A DNA stretch of 64,000 nucleotides from assembly GCF_018977255.1 (NCBI RefSeq), contig NW_024704743.1, positions 100,504,001 through 100,568,000 on the forward strand, written 5' to 3'. Of this stretch, positions 39,761 to 51,928 are shown one piece after another. Origin of the DNA: Callorhinchus milii. Its lineage: Eukaryota. Numbering within the stretch: the stretch's first letter is position 1; every line of letters begins with the position of its first letter. A model generated the notes under the pieces. The model made no database searches, was not told the DNA's origin, and was given only the letters and a program-made list of their open reading frames with translations. The translations under genes were made by a program, and so were the position numbers.

Positions 39761-40114
39761 ATAACTCCAGCAGCTCTTATGGTCCTGATGTTACCATTAA
39801 AGTCTTAAGTGCTTCTGTGGTGCTGCTCTTGTCCGCTTCTTGCAGAGAACTGACAGCCTGAAAACACCTCTTTGCTGTTGTGGCAGGTGCACTCTGGCAC
39901 AGAGCAAATCATCATATGCCTGCAAGGCTTTGAAGATCCAGGTTGTTTTTTAATCACTCCACACACTGCAATTGTTACTCCATATATTCTGCTGACAATA
40001 AAAAGTTAAAGTTTTCTTTAAGAATATCTTTTATCGGATTCTTCAGTCTATGGATTTGCTATGGATTTGCCTCTGAATAGATCAGGTATGATTAAACAAA
40101 CAAGGAATTGAATG

Positions 40115-40290
40115 TTTAGAATACATTAGAATATACAGCACAGAAACAGGCCATTTGGCCCAATTGGTCTATGCCGGTGTTTATGCTCTACATAAGCCTC
40201 CTTCTGGCCTTCCTCAACTAAACCTTCAAGCACAACCTTCTATTCTTTCACTTCATGTACCTATCTAGCTTTCCCTTAAATACATTTATC
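40115..40290 (-). mobile_element. CR1 3' UTR fragment
   Basis: 'tagaatatacagcacagaaacaggccatttggccc'. Confidence 0.7.
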
Positions 40291-40702
40291 GTTTAGCCTC
40301 TTTTTTTGTCAGTCGGCTGCCTGAAACACCCAGAAGTACATCACCATGCTTAAGACTACCCAAACCAAACCACTAATAATTCCACATAAGCTTGGAGATT
40401 TCCATTTGTCTGGAAAAGAGTGTTCACTCTCTCCATGGAGGGATGCAGCCTGTTCCCCTAATGTAATCCCATAAGGCATTAGGTACAGGTTGGCAAAAGC
40501 AAAGGCTTGAGGACCCCAGAGTGTGCATTGGGTGGTACTGCTTGAGCTAAACCAGGGAAAAACAGCTTACCATTGAAAACCCTGACTGGCAAGCTTCCCA
40601 CTGTCCAGCTAGGATCACCCTACTCATTTGGGATATATCCTGCAGGGATAAGAGCTGAGTGAGAAAAATCCTTACCTTTCTTCAAGTGTTGTCCTCAAAA
40701 TT

Positions 40703-42607
40703 TACCGCTCCACTCTAGCCTCGGCCAAGTCGTCCTTCTACTCCAGGATAATCCTGGAGGCGAAGAACAACCCCAGGCTACTGTTTTCCACCACAACCCG
40801 ACTCCTCCGTCCCCCCCGCCACCCCGCGCAGGTCATCTCCTCCAACCTTCACTGCGAGGAGATGCTGGATTTCCTTGAATCCAAGATCAAGGGAATCCGC
40901 TCCGCGGTCACTTCCCCTCCAACTTCCACCCACCACCCACCCCTTCCCTCCCACACTCCGACTCCTACCCATCCTCCCCTACACACCTTCGTACCCGTTT
41001 CCCCACCCTCTGTCACTGAACTCATCCTATCCCTAAAACCAACCACCTGCTCCCTTGACCCCATCCCCACTCCACTCCTTATCTCCCAGCTCCACTTTCT
41101 TGCCCCACATATCACTGACATCATCAACCTGTCCCTCTCCTCTGGCTCTGTCCCCATTCCATTAAAAACTGCCATCATCACGCCCACCCTGAAAAAACCC
41201 TCCCTTGATGCGTCGCAGCTATCAAGCTACCGGCCCATCTCCAACCTCCCCTTTCTCTCCAAGGTCTTGGAAAGAGTTGTCGCCTCCCAACTGCGCTCTT
41301 TCCTTTCCACCCATTCTCTTTTCGAACCCCTTCAGTCAGGTTTCCGTGCTGCCCATAGCACAGAAACTGCCCTGGTCAAGGTCACCAATGATATCCTGAC
41401 CATCTGTGACCAGGGCTCCCTCTGTCTCCTCGTCCTCCTCGACCTATCGGCAGCATTCGATACGGTCGACCACGCTATCCTACTCCACCGCTTGTCCTCC
41501 CACCTCAACCTTCAAGGCACTGTCCTTGAATGGTTTAGGTCGTACCTTTCTCACCGTCTTCACTTTGTCTCGACGAATGGCTTCTCCTCCACCCCCCGTA
41601 CTGTCTCATGTGGTGTCCCTCAGGGCTCTGTCCTCGGTCCCCTCCTCTTCACCCTCTATATGCTCCCCCTTGGTGACATCATCCGCAGACATGGAGTTAA
41701 CTTCCACATGTATGCGGATGACACCCAACTCTACCTTTCCTCCTCTACTCTCAACTCCACGACCACCGATGTCCTGACAGCCTGCCTGTCCGACATCGAG
41801 TCCTGGACGAGAGACAACTTTCTTCAGCTCAACGTGCGAAAAACCGAGGCCCTCCTGATTGGCTCACGTCAGCGCCTCCGCACCTCAGGCGCTGACACCA
41901 TCAGCATCCAAGGCTGCACTCTCCACCTCTCAAAGCCAGTCAGGAACCTCGGCGTTTTGTTCGACCCTGAGCTGTCCTTTCTCCCTCACATCCGCACCAC
42001 AACTGGCACCGCCTTCCATCACCTCCGGAACATCGCCAGACTACGGCATTACCTCACCCCTCACGCTGCTGAAACCCTGGTTCACGCCTTTGTCACCTCA
42101 AGGCTGGACTATGGGAACTCTCTCCTCGCCGGCCTTCCCGCCACCTCCCTCCACAAGCTGCAGGTCATTCAGAACTCTGCAGCTCGTGTACTGTCCCGCA
42201 CCAGGCTTCGCGACCACATCACTCCCACCCTCGCTCGCCTCCACTGGCTCCCCATCCCCCAGAGGATTGATTTCAAGATCCTCATCCTCACCTACAAGGC
42301 CATTCACGGCCTTGCTCCCTCCTACCTCTCCAACCTACTATCCCCCTACCTACCTGCCCGTACCCTCCGTTCCTCTGGCTCCGGTCTGCTCCACGTCCCC
42401 CGCCCCAACCGCCCTACCATCGGTGGTCGGGCCTTCAGCCTCTCAGCCCCCAGGCTCTGGAACTCCATCCCCCAGTGCCTTCGCCTTGCTTCCTCCCTTT
42501 CCTCCTTCAAGGCCGGTCTCAAAACCTTTCTCTTTGACCGTGCCTTCAGCTCCCCTCTCGACTCTCTACCCCCTCCTCGCTCCCTCCCTTCCCTCCCCTC
42601 ACCCTGA
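40703..42607 (+). CDS. Partial LINE ORF2, non-LTR reverse transcriptase domain (endonuclease missing; first in-frame ATG at 40862)
   Basis: [60 protein letters not shown]. The frame stays open 53 codons upstream of the ATG ([14 protein letters not shown]...NNPRLLF). Confidence 0.93.
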   Translation, partial: YRSTLASAKSSFYSRIILEAKNNPRLLFSTTTRLLRPPRHPAQVISSNLHCEEMLDFLESKIKGIRSAVTSPPTSTHHPPLPSHTPTPTHPPLHTFVPVSPPSVTELILSLKPTTCSLDPIPTPLLISQLHFLAPHITDIINLSLSSGSVPIPLKTAIITPTLKKPSLDASQLSSYRPISNLPFLSKVLERVVASQLRSFLSTHSLFEPLQSGFRAAHSTETALVKVTNDILTICDQGSLCLLVLLDLSAAFDTVDHAILLHRLSSHLNLQGTVLEWFRSYLSHRLHFVSTNGFSSTPRTVSCGVPQGSVLGPLLFTLYMLPLGDIIRRHGVNFHMYADDTQLYLSSSTLNSTTTDVLTACLSDIESWTRDNFLQLNVRKTEALLIGSRQRLRTSGADTISIQGCTLHLSKPVRNLGVLFDPELSFLPHIRTTTGTAFHHLRNIARLRHYLTPHAAETLVHAFVTSRLDYGNSLLAGLPATSLHKLQVIQNSAARVLSRTRLRDHITPTLARLHWLPIPQRIDFKILILTYKAIHGLAPSYLSNLLSPYLPARTLRSSGSGLLHVPRPNRPTIGGRAFSLSAPRLWNSIPQCLRLASSLSSFKAGLKTFLFDRAFSSPLDSLPPPRSLPSLPSP

Positions 42608-42767
42608 CCATTTCCCCCCTCCTCGCTCCCTCCCTTCCCTCCCCTCACCCTGACCATTTCCCCCCTGCTCGGGTCATGACCCAACTGTGCAGCGCCTTGG
42701 GACGTCCTCCTGACGTGAAAGGCGCTTTATAAATGGAATCTTGTTGTTGTTGTTGTTGTTGTTGTTG
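40703..42767 (+). mobile_element. Young 5'-truncated L2-clade LINE
   Basis: Uninterrupted ORF2 frame, 3' UTR with a 46-bp tandem duplication, stem-loop 'agcgccttgggacgtcctcctgacgtgaaaggcgct', (TTG)9 tail. Confidence 0.97.
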
Positions 42768-43002
42768 ACATCTTATAGAAGTTAGTCGACAACCTCACAG
42801 CCAGCATTTCTCAAGAAAATTGTTCACTTAGCATTCTCAGTGCTAAAGATCAACACACCATTTGTCTATCCATTATTCAATTTTATCCACATCATCCATC
42901 TACAGCTATTCAATTATTTATTGTCTCTCACATGGAGGACTACTTTCCATTGAAATTAGAATCACCAGCTCAGAGAAGCTACAGTACTACAGCACTGTCA
43001 GG

Positions 43003-43192
43003 TCAACAACAACAAATTATATTTGTATAATGTCATTCACATCAGGAGGATGTCCCAAGGAACTGGATAGTTAAGGATTTGTACCCGAGCTGGGGGTTGG
43101 GCTCAGGAGATGTGGACATCAGGGAAAGTGGGGATTGGAGGGTGACCGAAGGCTCAGTCGAAGATGAAGGTCTTGAGAGGGGCCTTGAAGGT
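43003..43192 (-). mobile_element. L2 3' terminal fragment
   Basis: (CAA)n, stem-loop, 'gaagatgaaggtcttgagaggggccttgaagg'. Confidence 0.8.
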
Positions 43193-46101
43193 AATTTAAG
43201 AAAAGAAAAGTAGATTTGAGCATTCTTCCCAAAATTCTGTAAAAAATCGCTTCCAAAATAAGACTGAAGTGAAGAATTATTCAAAATTCTGCCAGTCTTA
43301 CATGTTAAGACTTTTTAAAGTACAGCAATAATCCATTTACCTCATGGCTGCTTGTGCGATTTTATTTTGCACAAAATTACTGCTTTATTTGCTGACAAAT
43401 AATAGTCACTACACTCGACAATAATTACCTGTAAAGTGCTTTGAGACATTCTGATGTGATAAGGCATTCTAGAAATGCGAGCTCTCTCTTTATTCCATAG
43501 GGCCTTCAAACTTCAGACATGCTACAAAAAACATCTCCGTAATGGCAAGAGGGGATGCTTGAGCCTATCAAACAGCGTCAAAGTTGATCGCTGTGGAATC
43601 ACTCCATGTCTAGATCAAAGATACAAATCAGCAGGGGTATCTGGTTCTGATCATTATTCAACGACCCCCACTGGGAAGACTACATTGTAAATGGCAGTCA
43701 AGGACAGAATCAGGTTACATTATGATGTTCCACATGATTGAATACCTTGTTGACGCTTATTGGTTGCACAGTCAAGGTAAAAAAATATTTTTCTTTACTG
43801 TAAGGGTCTAAAGTATAATACATTGAGCAGCCTCCCTCCAATTCCTAATCAACTCAAGTTCATGGCACAAAAATATCTAAACTCGAGTACTAATTAGATT
43901 TAGATTCCTGAACTCACTCAGAAGAGCCGGTTTTCCCACTCCCTCACTGCTCCATTTGTTCCTTTAATATAATTTATTGGATAACTATACTCAATCTTTA
44001 CTCTCACAGTTTATGATATGCTTCAAATCCTTCAGCTTCCATAGAGTGAGGTCTCTGTTAAATCCTATACCAGTCAATCACTGCCTAGATAAAATCACAA
44101 GGTCATAAGAAACGTAAAGAGTTGGATAAAGACTCTTCTGCTCATTTTTGCATCTCACCCTCCCATCTTTCCATTACAGGATCAAACCGCTAAATGTATC
44201 TAGAATCTACCTTTTCTGTAACCCATTCCCGCTGTTAATTAGACACTGCAAAGAAATGCAGTGTCTGCCCTAAATTTGCCTTCACAAACCTGCTGACTCG
44301 GCATATCTGAATTTTTTTTGTAGGCTTACTTTTTGAATTTCATTGCTGTTATTTTTGGTTGGGATAGGAATGATCCTGGAACTGCATCCAATTTTGCCCA
44401 AAAATGTGCGATTTGGTAATGGAATTCCTTACATTGGAATTCCTATTGATCCACACAAACTGCTTTCCGAAATGGAGGAAGGGTAGTTGAGGAATTTGAG
44501 TGCTTTTCATTATTAATGGGAACATGGACACTGACTGGGGTTTTTAACTAATTTTGCCTGTGACATTACGTGTAACAGAGATTTAAACTAACTTCACAAT
44601 ACACACCAAACAGGACTTTTTCATTTCTTTGGTGCTCTGAACAATAATAAACTGCATAAAGCAAACAAATGCCATTGGCTATTTGACCCTCCTGCAGTAA
44701 TTACGGTGTTATTCCGTGGGATGGTTTACCATTGTACTCTGTGCTGCAAAAGTACTGCAAAATGATGACTTTAATGACTTGAGACAGGACTGCATATTCT
44801 GACATGCCAGTGGTCCGCAGCTGATGTGCACTCTAATACCATTATTACATTGACAGACTGATTACCCTCTTGTTCAATGACATTATCATGGAGATAACGC
44901 AATCATTTTGTGTGACAGGCTGCAGCAAATTAAAAAAATCACCTTTTTTTTGTTTCAGAAATAACTTATTTTTAGTGTTAAGAGAAGATATTTTGTTTCA
45001 GATTTCCAGCATCTGCAGTATTTTGCGTTTTATTTCTAGTGTGTTTGTTTGCGAATACCTAAAAATTTCTGAGTTCCAAAAGATGTGATGAAGAAAACAG
45101 TATCAGCAAAGTACAATTAACTGAGATAATTTTGAAGAGATTGTAACACATTAGGCCCTTAATTTTCTCCCAAATAGCATATGTCTCTCTGCTCTTAGCC
45201 TGGCCTCCACTTGTTGGGGTGCAGTTCCACAAGTGCTAGTTGCTCTCTTGAACTCTGTCCAATTGGCCATAGTTCATGTCTAGCCTTTGCACTGAGTATT
45301 GTCATGTCATTTGACTGCAGAGGGCACAACAGCCAAGCCCCCCTTTTCCCCACTCATCTCTCTCTCTTTCATACACACAAACACATACACACACACAAGA
45401 GAGTGCTGGACCAGGAACTCTGACTGATTTTACACTCTCTAACCCTGGGAAGAGAAGATATTTAGCCTCCCATGTAGCACATCCTGAGATTTGAACCAGT
45501 AGACTAGAAACTCCAGTCCTATGCATCACACCATTAGATCTGTCCAGGCCTGCAATGATTGGATAGGTTCTGAAATACATTCCCCTCTCAGAATGTATAT
45601 ATAAAACATTCACCATGAATTTTCAGTCTATTAAAGAATTCTATGCACAATGTTCCTTCATTTACTAACAGTTGTAACAAGATTGGTGTAAATTAGGCAG
45701 AATAACAAGCACCAATATTCATGTTTAGTGTTCCTCTGATCTCTATCTCAGAATAGAGCAAAAACCTTTGCATAAAAAAAGAAATTAACTCATATAATCT
45801 TGTTAAGTCTTTATTAAAGAGATCACAATGGGTGGAAAATGTAATATTATCATTGACACTAATTATAGCATCATCAAACATTGCTATCCAAACAAAGCTT
45901 TAAATCATTACTGGCTTGATCCTGAGCTGTAGTCACTGTGAGCTCAATTTTGTAAGAGATGCCATCTATTGGCACCTGAGCAGCTATGTTCTGGCCCATA
46001 ATCTTTACTGATATGAGTACCAACCAACTGTTGTTAATTGCTCCTCATATGTTACTGGTGGAGGGCATTTCCCTCAAGATGTCTATTGATCATTGGGCAT
46101 T

Positions 46102-46449
46102 CTACAAGGTTTTGGAATTCTTCTCATTCAGCAGGTTACCGGGAAGTGTTTTCCAAAAGAGTTGAAAACCGCAATGCTCAAATCTTGGCATTTTGACCTT
46201 CACATTTTCACAGCAGCAATGGCAGAATTGATGAGATAATTCTTCGATTCGCACAACTAACCTCTCTACTGCAAAAGCCACGGGTATTCCCATGTCCTCA
46301 ATCTCAGACTTCAGTACATATAATTGGTGCTCTAATACCCTTGGAATGATATAATATATCAGAGTATTGGGATCCTCCATAATATCTTCCTGGGATATCT
46401 GAATAGAAGCCACTTTCTCTTCAATGCTGTTCAACCTTTCTGAACCCTT
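46102..46449 (-). CDS. Candidate orphan terminal exon (about 115 codons), product unknown
   Basis: Non-repeat open frame KGSERLNSIEEKV...KNSKTL*, preceded by 'tgattttgtag'; AATAAA about 290 nt downstream (45810-45815, - strand). No recognisable domain. Confidence 0.25.
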   Translation of the reverse strand, partial: KGSERLNSIEEKVASIQISQEDIMEDPNTLIYYIIPRVLEHQLYVLKSEIEDMGIPVAFAVERLVVRIEELSHQFCHCCCENVKVKMPRFEHCGFQLFWKTLPGNLLNEKNSKTL

Positions 46450-46832
46450 CTACAAAATCAATGTCCATTTGACAGTAGATCAATTGATGTCTGAATGCTC
46501 AGGCAATTTAGTTAAGAGTTAACTGGCCTGTAGAGTGTCCGCCATATATTTGCCCCTCACCATCCAACGGTCCCATTTCCTCATCAGGGGTCAGTGCCTC
46601 ATTCTGCACTTTCTTAGTGATGTCTGTCTGTCTGTCTGTCTATACTATTTATGAAGTGAACATATCTGACCTGGTGGTTGCTTGAAGCAGGAATGGTCAA
46701 CGGTCATGCTCTGCTGCAACAGAATCTCCACTTGGATTTATTCTTCTGTCAAAAAAGCAGATGGTACACAATCAGTACAAATGCACCCAGATAAATTTCA
46801 ACTGCACTATTACACTGGCTTGATACAACAGC

Positions 46833-46972
46833 AATGCATATATTACATATATATATATACATTGCATATATTACATATATATATATATTGCATATATTAC
46901 ATATATATACATTGCATATATTACATATATATACATTGCATATATTACATATATATACATTGCATATATTAC
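46833..46972. repeat. AT-rich minisatellite, about 6 units of 24-28 bp
   Basis: Unit ATTGCATATATTACATATATATAC with variable (TA)n length. Confidence 0.92.
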
Positions 46973-47260
46973 AAGATCACAAGATTGGTATGGATGAAGA
47001 AGGCCCTTAGGACCATCCTATCTCATCCAACCAAAATACCCACTCTACCATCCCCTCATTATTGTATCAAGCTACATTTTAAAAGAGTCCAGTGTCCTGG
47101 TCCCCAATACCTTTCCTAACAACCTGTTCCAGTTGTTGATTTCCCTTTGCATAAAGAAAAACATCCCGATATCTGTCCTGAAATTGCTCTGTACAACTCT
47201 AAACCTATATTCTTTTGTTCTACTGTTTTGATGCATTTTAAAGTAATGTAGTAATGTTGT
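46972..47260 (-). mobile_element. Old CR1-like 3' fragment
   Basis: Tail 'acaagatcacaagattgg'; 'ataaagaaaaacatccc...acaactctaaacct'. Confidence 0.55.
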
Positions 47261-47287
47261 ACAAAATTAGTGTGACTACATAAAGTA

Positions 47288-48875
47288 AATCTTTCAATCC
47301 TCCTTGGACACCGGGGTGGGGGCGGGGGGGGGGGGGGGGGTGCCAGAGGATTGGAGAGTTGCAAATGTTACTCTCCTGTACAAGAAGGGGCAGAAGAATA
47401 AACTAGGAAACTACAGGCCAGTCAGCCTAACGTCAGTAGTGGGGAAATTTCTAGAGACTATAATCCAGGACACAATATGGGTTAATAAAGGACAGCCAGC
47501 ATGGGTTTGTTAAAGGCAAATCGTATCTAGCAAACTTGACAGAATTTTTTGATGAAGTAATGGAGAGGGTGGATGAAGGTAATTGATGTAGTTTATATAG
47601 ATTTTCAAAAGGCGTTTGATAAAGTGCCACATAAGAGAGTTGTAAACAAGATAGAAGCCCACAGTACTTAAGGGACAGCGGCAGCACAGATACATAACAG
47701 TTGTTTTTCTGACTGGAGGGAAGTGTGCAGTGGTGTCCCACAGGGTTCAGTACTGGAACCACTGCTGGTTTTGATCTATGTAAATGATCTGGACTTGGGT
47801 ATAGGGAGTACAATATCCAAGTTTGAGGATGATACTAAGCTAGGAAAAGTAATAAACAGTGAGAAGGATAGTAGCAGACTGCAAGGGGACATAAACAGAA
47901 TGGTAAAATGGTAAAATGCAAAATGATGCATTTTGAGAGGAAGAATGAGGAGAAGCAATATAAGATAGATGGTACAATCTTAATGGGGGTGAAGGAACAG
48001 AGAGACCTGGGGGTTCGTATAAGTAAATCTTTGAAGGTGGCAGGACAGGTAGATAAAGCATATGGGATACCAGGCTTTATAAATAAGCTTTGAGACGTCC
48101 AGAAGACGTGAAAAGCACTATATCAAATGCAAGGATTATTATTATTATTAAATAAGGGCATAGAATACAAAAGACAGGAAGTTATGATGAACCTTTATAA
48201 AACACTGGTTAGGCCTCAGCTAGAGTAGTACTATGTTCAGTTCTGGAAACCACAGTTAAGGAAAGATGTCAAGGCATTGGAGAGGGTGCAAAGCAGATTT
48301 ACCAGGATGGTACCAGGAATGAGGGACTTCAGTTATCAGGAGAGGTTAGAGAAGCTAGGATTACAACTACAACAACTTGGATTTATATAGCGCCCTCCAT
48401 GCCGGACGGCATTTCGGAGCGCTTCACGGCAACGGATCCTGGGACCAAGCCAGGGGGAGGGGGATTATTCTCCTTGGAACAGAGAAGGTTAAGAGGAGAC
48501 TTAATAGAAGTTTTCAAAATTATGAGGGGATTCGATAGGGTGAATAAGGAGAAACTATTTCCACTGGCGAGTGGGTCGGTAACCCAAGGACACCAATTTA
48601 AAGTAGTTGTTAAAAGAAACAGACGGGAGGTGACGAGAAATGTTTTCACACAGCGAGTTGTTTGGATCTGGAATGCATTGCCTGGTGGTCGAAGCCGATT
48701 CAATAACCATTTTTAAAAGAAAACCAGATAATTATTTGGGGAGGAACAAGTTTGCAGGGCTATGGGGAGAGAGCGGGTGAGTGGGATTGATTTGGATAGT
48801 TCTTTTCAAAGGGCCAGCACAGACATGATGGGCAGCATGGCCTCCTTCTAATACTGTATAATTCTATGATTCTAT
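47288..48875 (+). mobile_element. CR1-clade LINE, 5'-truncated, disrupted RT
   Basis: [67 protein letters not shown]; (TTCTATGA) tail. Nested inserts at 48088-48148 and 48364-48461. Confidence 0.95.
48364..48461 (-). mobile_element. 3' tail of a divergent L2-like family inserted in CR1 (TSD GGATTA)
   Basis: Minus strand reads 'agcgctccgaaatgccgtccggcatggagggcgctatataaatccaagttgttg'; GGATTA at 48358 and 48462. Confidence 0.75.
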
Positions 48876-49031
48876 AAAGTGTATTTCATATCACAGAGTG
48901 GGCAATTGCTACCTCTGCTATTACTTTCTCCTGAATACTGCATAACCTTTCTGAACCTTTCTACAAAATCAGTCTCCATTTGACAGAGGGGTCAATTAAT
49001 GTCTGAATCCTCAGGCAATTTAGTTAGGGTT

Positions 49032-49567
49032 AACAACAACAACAACAAGATTCCATTTGTAGAGCGCCTTTCACGTCGGGAGGACGTCCCAAGGTGCTGT
49101 ACAGTTGGGTCAGGACCCGAGCAGGGGGGAAATGGTCAAGGTGAGGGGAGGGAAGGGAGAGAGCGAGGAGGGGGTAGAGAGTTGAGAGGGGAGCTGAAGG
49201 CACAGTCAAAGAGAAAGGTCTTGAGACCGGCCTTGAAGGAGGAAAGGGAGGAGGCGGCGAAGGCACTGGGGGATAGAGTTCCAGAGCCTAGGGGCTGAGA
49301 GGCTGAAGGCCCGGCCACCGATGGTAGGGCGGTTGGGGCGGGGGATGTGGAGCAGACCGGAGCCAGAGGAACAGAGGGTACGGGCAGGTAGGTAGGGGGA
49401 TAGTAGGTCAGAGAGGTAGGAGGGAGCAAGGCCGTGAATGGCCTTGTAGGTGAGGATGAGGATCTTGAATTCGATCCTCTGGGGGATGGGGAGCCAGTGG
49501 AGGCGAGCAAGGGTGGGAGTGATGTGGTCGCGAAGCCTGGTGCGGGACAGTACACGAGCTGCAGAGT
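49032..49567 (-). mobile_element. Young L2 3' fragment (TSD GTTAAC)
   Basis: Highly similar to the 3' part of 40703-42767; GTTAAC at 49029-49034 and 49566-49571. Confidence 0.95.
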
Positions 49568-50757
49568 TAACTGGCCTGTAGAATGTCCATCATATACAAA
49601 TGTGTTCCTCACTGTAGTAAAGAAAATAAAAAAATTGAAATAGCAAGGCTCATCTTATCATGATAGTTGGGAAAATGAATGTTCTACAGTGAGGATTTTA
49701 CATGGAAAAGTTCACTGTGTCTCAATCCCTACCACTGAAAAATTCAAATAACAAGTTGGCACACAACCAGTGACAAGGTTCACACAGCTTGACCAGCAAG
49801 CATAATCCTGTCCATTAGGCTTTTGGCTTGCAGGGTTAACAGAAGCCAAGTGGGAAAAATCCTCACTCCCAGGGACCAGTCAATTACGCCAGGCTGACAC
49901 CTGATGAAGATGTATAACAGAGACCCTTGTATTTGATTGGGTCAAGTTAATTGTTTAACATTTTAGATTTGTCAAAGATGCAATAACACTTTATGAAGAT
50001 ACTTGACACTTCAACTTCAAGCAATAAAATGATGATCAATACAATTATCGTATACTGCTGTTAACAGTACATAAACTAAGATCATATATTATTCCTTAAA
50101 ATTTCTAAAGGATCTCAGTCATGTCACGCTTTCTCCTTTGGAATTTCTTCACCAAGTGTTAGAGAGGCTAATGATTGTTTTAAAATCTCATGCAGTGTAG
50201 TGTGGCTTCATTCAGCCACAGGACCTTTCAACACATCCCTTCAGAGGTGCTGCTGTAAAGTGAACAGGGTTGTGGACAGCAAAGGAAAACATTTAAAGCA
50301 TGAACACAACAAAATTGCATTGATAGCGCCTTTCACGTCAGGAGGAAGTCCCAAGGCGCTGCTAAAATTCAGATGAGTGACATTTGAAATATCCTGAGGG
50401 GATATTGAAAGGAAGGTGCCAGCAGAATTATGAGCTTAACTGGGAAAGAACACATGGCTCTCCACGTATATGGTGTCAATGAGGTCAATGACAAGGGGAT
50501 GAACAGGGAGAAACAGGGAGTGTGAATAGAGAATAGAACACATGGATTTCAAACTAGATCTATCCCTTATTTAAGGAATCCAGAAATATATCACATTGAC
50601 TTGTGGGAACTCATTCCAATGTGATCTACTTTCAGAGCAGAATTCCTGTCACTCAATGCTAGAAAAGAGTCCTCACTCAAGTTTCTTTAATTCATAATGC
50701 TGGAGGGAAGAGATCAGTTGGGCTGAAGGGTCTTCTCCATCCAAACCAATCTTGTGA

Positions 50758-50968
50758 ACTCTGGAACACTCTCCCTCAATCCCTCCATCTTGCCCCTTTC
50801 TCCCCTTTTTCAAGTCCCGTCTGAAAACTTTTTCGATCGTGCTTATGGTCACCTCCCCCGCAGCCCCCCACCCCCACCCCTCGGCTTGGAGTCAGGCTCC
50901 ACCACTGTTAAGTGCTCTTAGACGCTACCCTGCATGGAGGGCACTACATAAGTGCAAGTTGTTGTTGT
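50758..50968 (+). mobile_element. L2 3' fragment (second subfamily) inserted in a CR1-like tail (TSD TTGTGA)
   Basis: LWNTLPQS...FKSRLK; similar to 62715-62910. Confidence 0.8.
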
Positions 50969-51186
50969 GATCTTGTGGTTTTTCATTTTAGACTCAAACA
51001 CCCTGGACATTAAACATTATTGTCATTTTTCTTTCAAGGGCTAAAAATGTCAATATGTGATTTGAGGAAGGTTCATTGGTAATAATTATTACATCACACA
51101 AATTCGGCCCTGTTAATGTTTGGTGTCACATCTCTCTCTCCTCCCTGCACACTAAACCTTGTCATCATGTTGTCACACCTGGTGAC

Positions 51187-51831
51187 GTGGAGTCCTGTTG
51201 CGTATTGATTAGAGCACTCGCCTCACAAGTGAGAGGATCCAGGTTCGATTCCTGATCAGGGCGAAACATTAGGCAAGTTCAGTGGTTAAAGCAACTTGCC
51301 TTGCAAGTGAGACATCTGAATTCAATTCCAGGCAGGGTGTAAACTTCGGTAAGTTTCCTTACTCCACACGCCTAATAATAATCCCTCCAAAAAATAAAAA
51401 CAATAATAATAATTTTCAATCCACGACTGTTTGTGGGACACTGCTGTGCACAATTGGCTGCCGCGTTTCGCTCAGAAATATACGGTCAATTCACTTTACA
51501 GCATATTCTGTGAAGCGCTTTGAGACGTTGAGAAGACATGAAAAGTGCTATATCAAATGCAAGGATTATTATTATTATTATTATTTACCTAGCAGTTAGT
51601 CTGGAAACTGGTTGTTAGTCGATTGGCAGATCGCTTTCCTGGGGTAATAATCCCTTAAATAAAATAAGTAATAATTCATTCACTCAATCCATGAATGTGG
51701 GTCACTGCTGTGCTGTGGCGTTTCCCCCACAAAATATACAGTTAATCCACTTCACAGTATATCCTGTGAAGCACTTTGAGATTTCTCAACAACATGATAA
51801 GGTGCTCTATCAAATGCAAGGAATATTATTA
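51187..51831 (+). mobile_element. Long-form tRNA-Ala SINE with a short-form copy nested inside (about 51279-51582)
   Basis: The outer head ends 'aggcaagtt'; after the inner (TTA)n the outer element resumes at 'tttacctagcag'. Confidence 0.88.
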
Positions 51832-51928
51832 TGTTTGTGTGTGTGTGAAGTCCATGATAGAGGTAGACTTTGTGTGTTTTGAAGTACTAAGTGGCCTTTT
51901 CTCATGCCATGCTTTTAGGTTTCTAAAA

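Noticed and set aside
41859..42653. 264-aa Ser/Pro-rich ORF (and similar ORFs at 21824 and 49136)
   Set aside because: Alternate reading frames of the C-rich L2 ORF2, not independent genes.
46682..47119. 145-aa ORF with YYIYIHCI repeats
   Set aside because: Produced by the AT-rich minisatellite.
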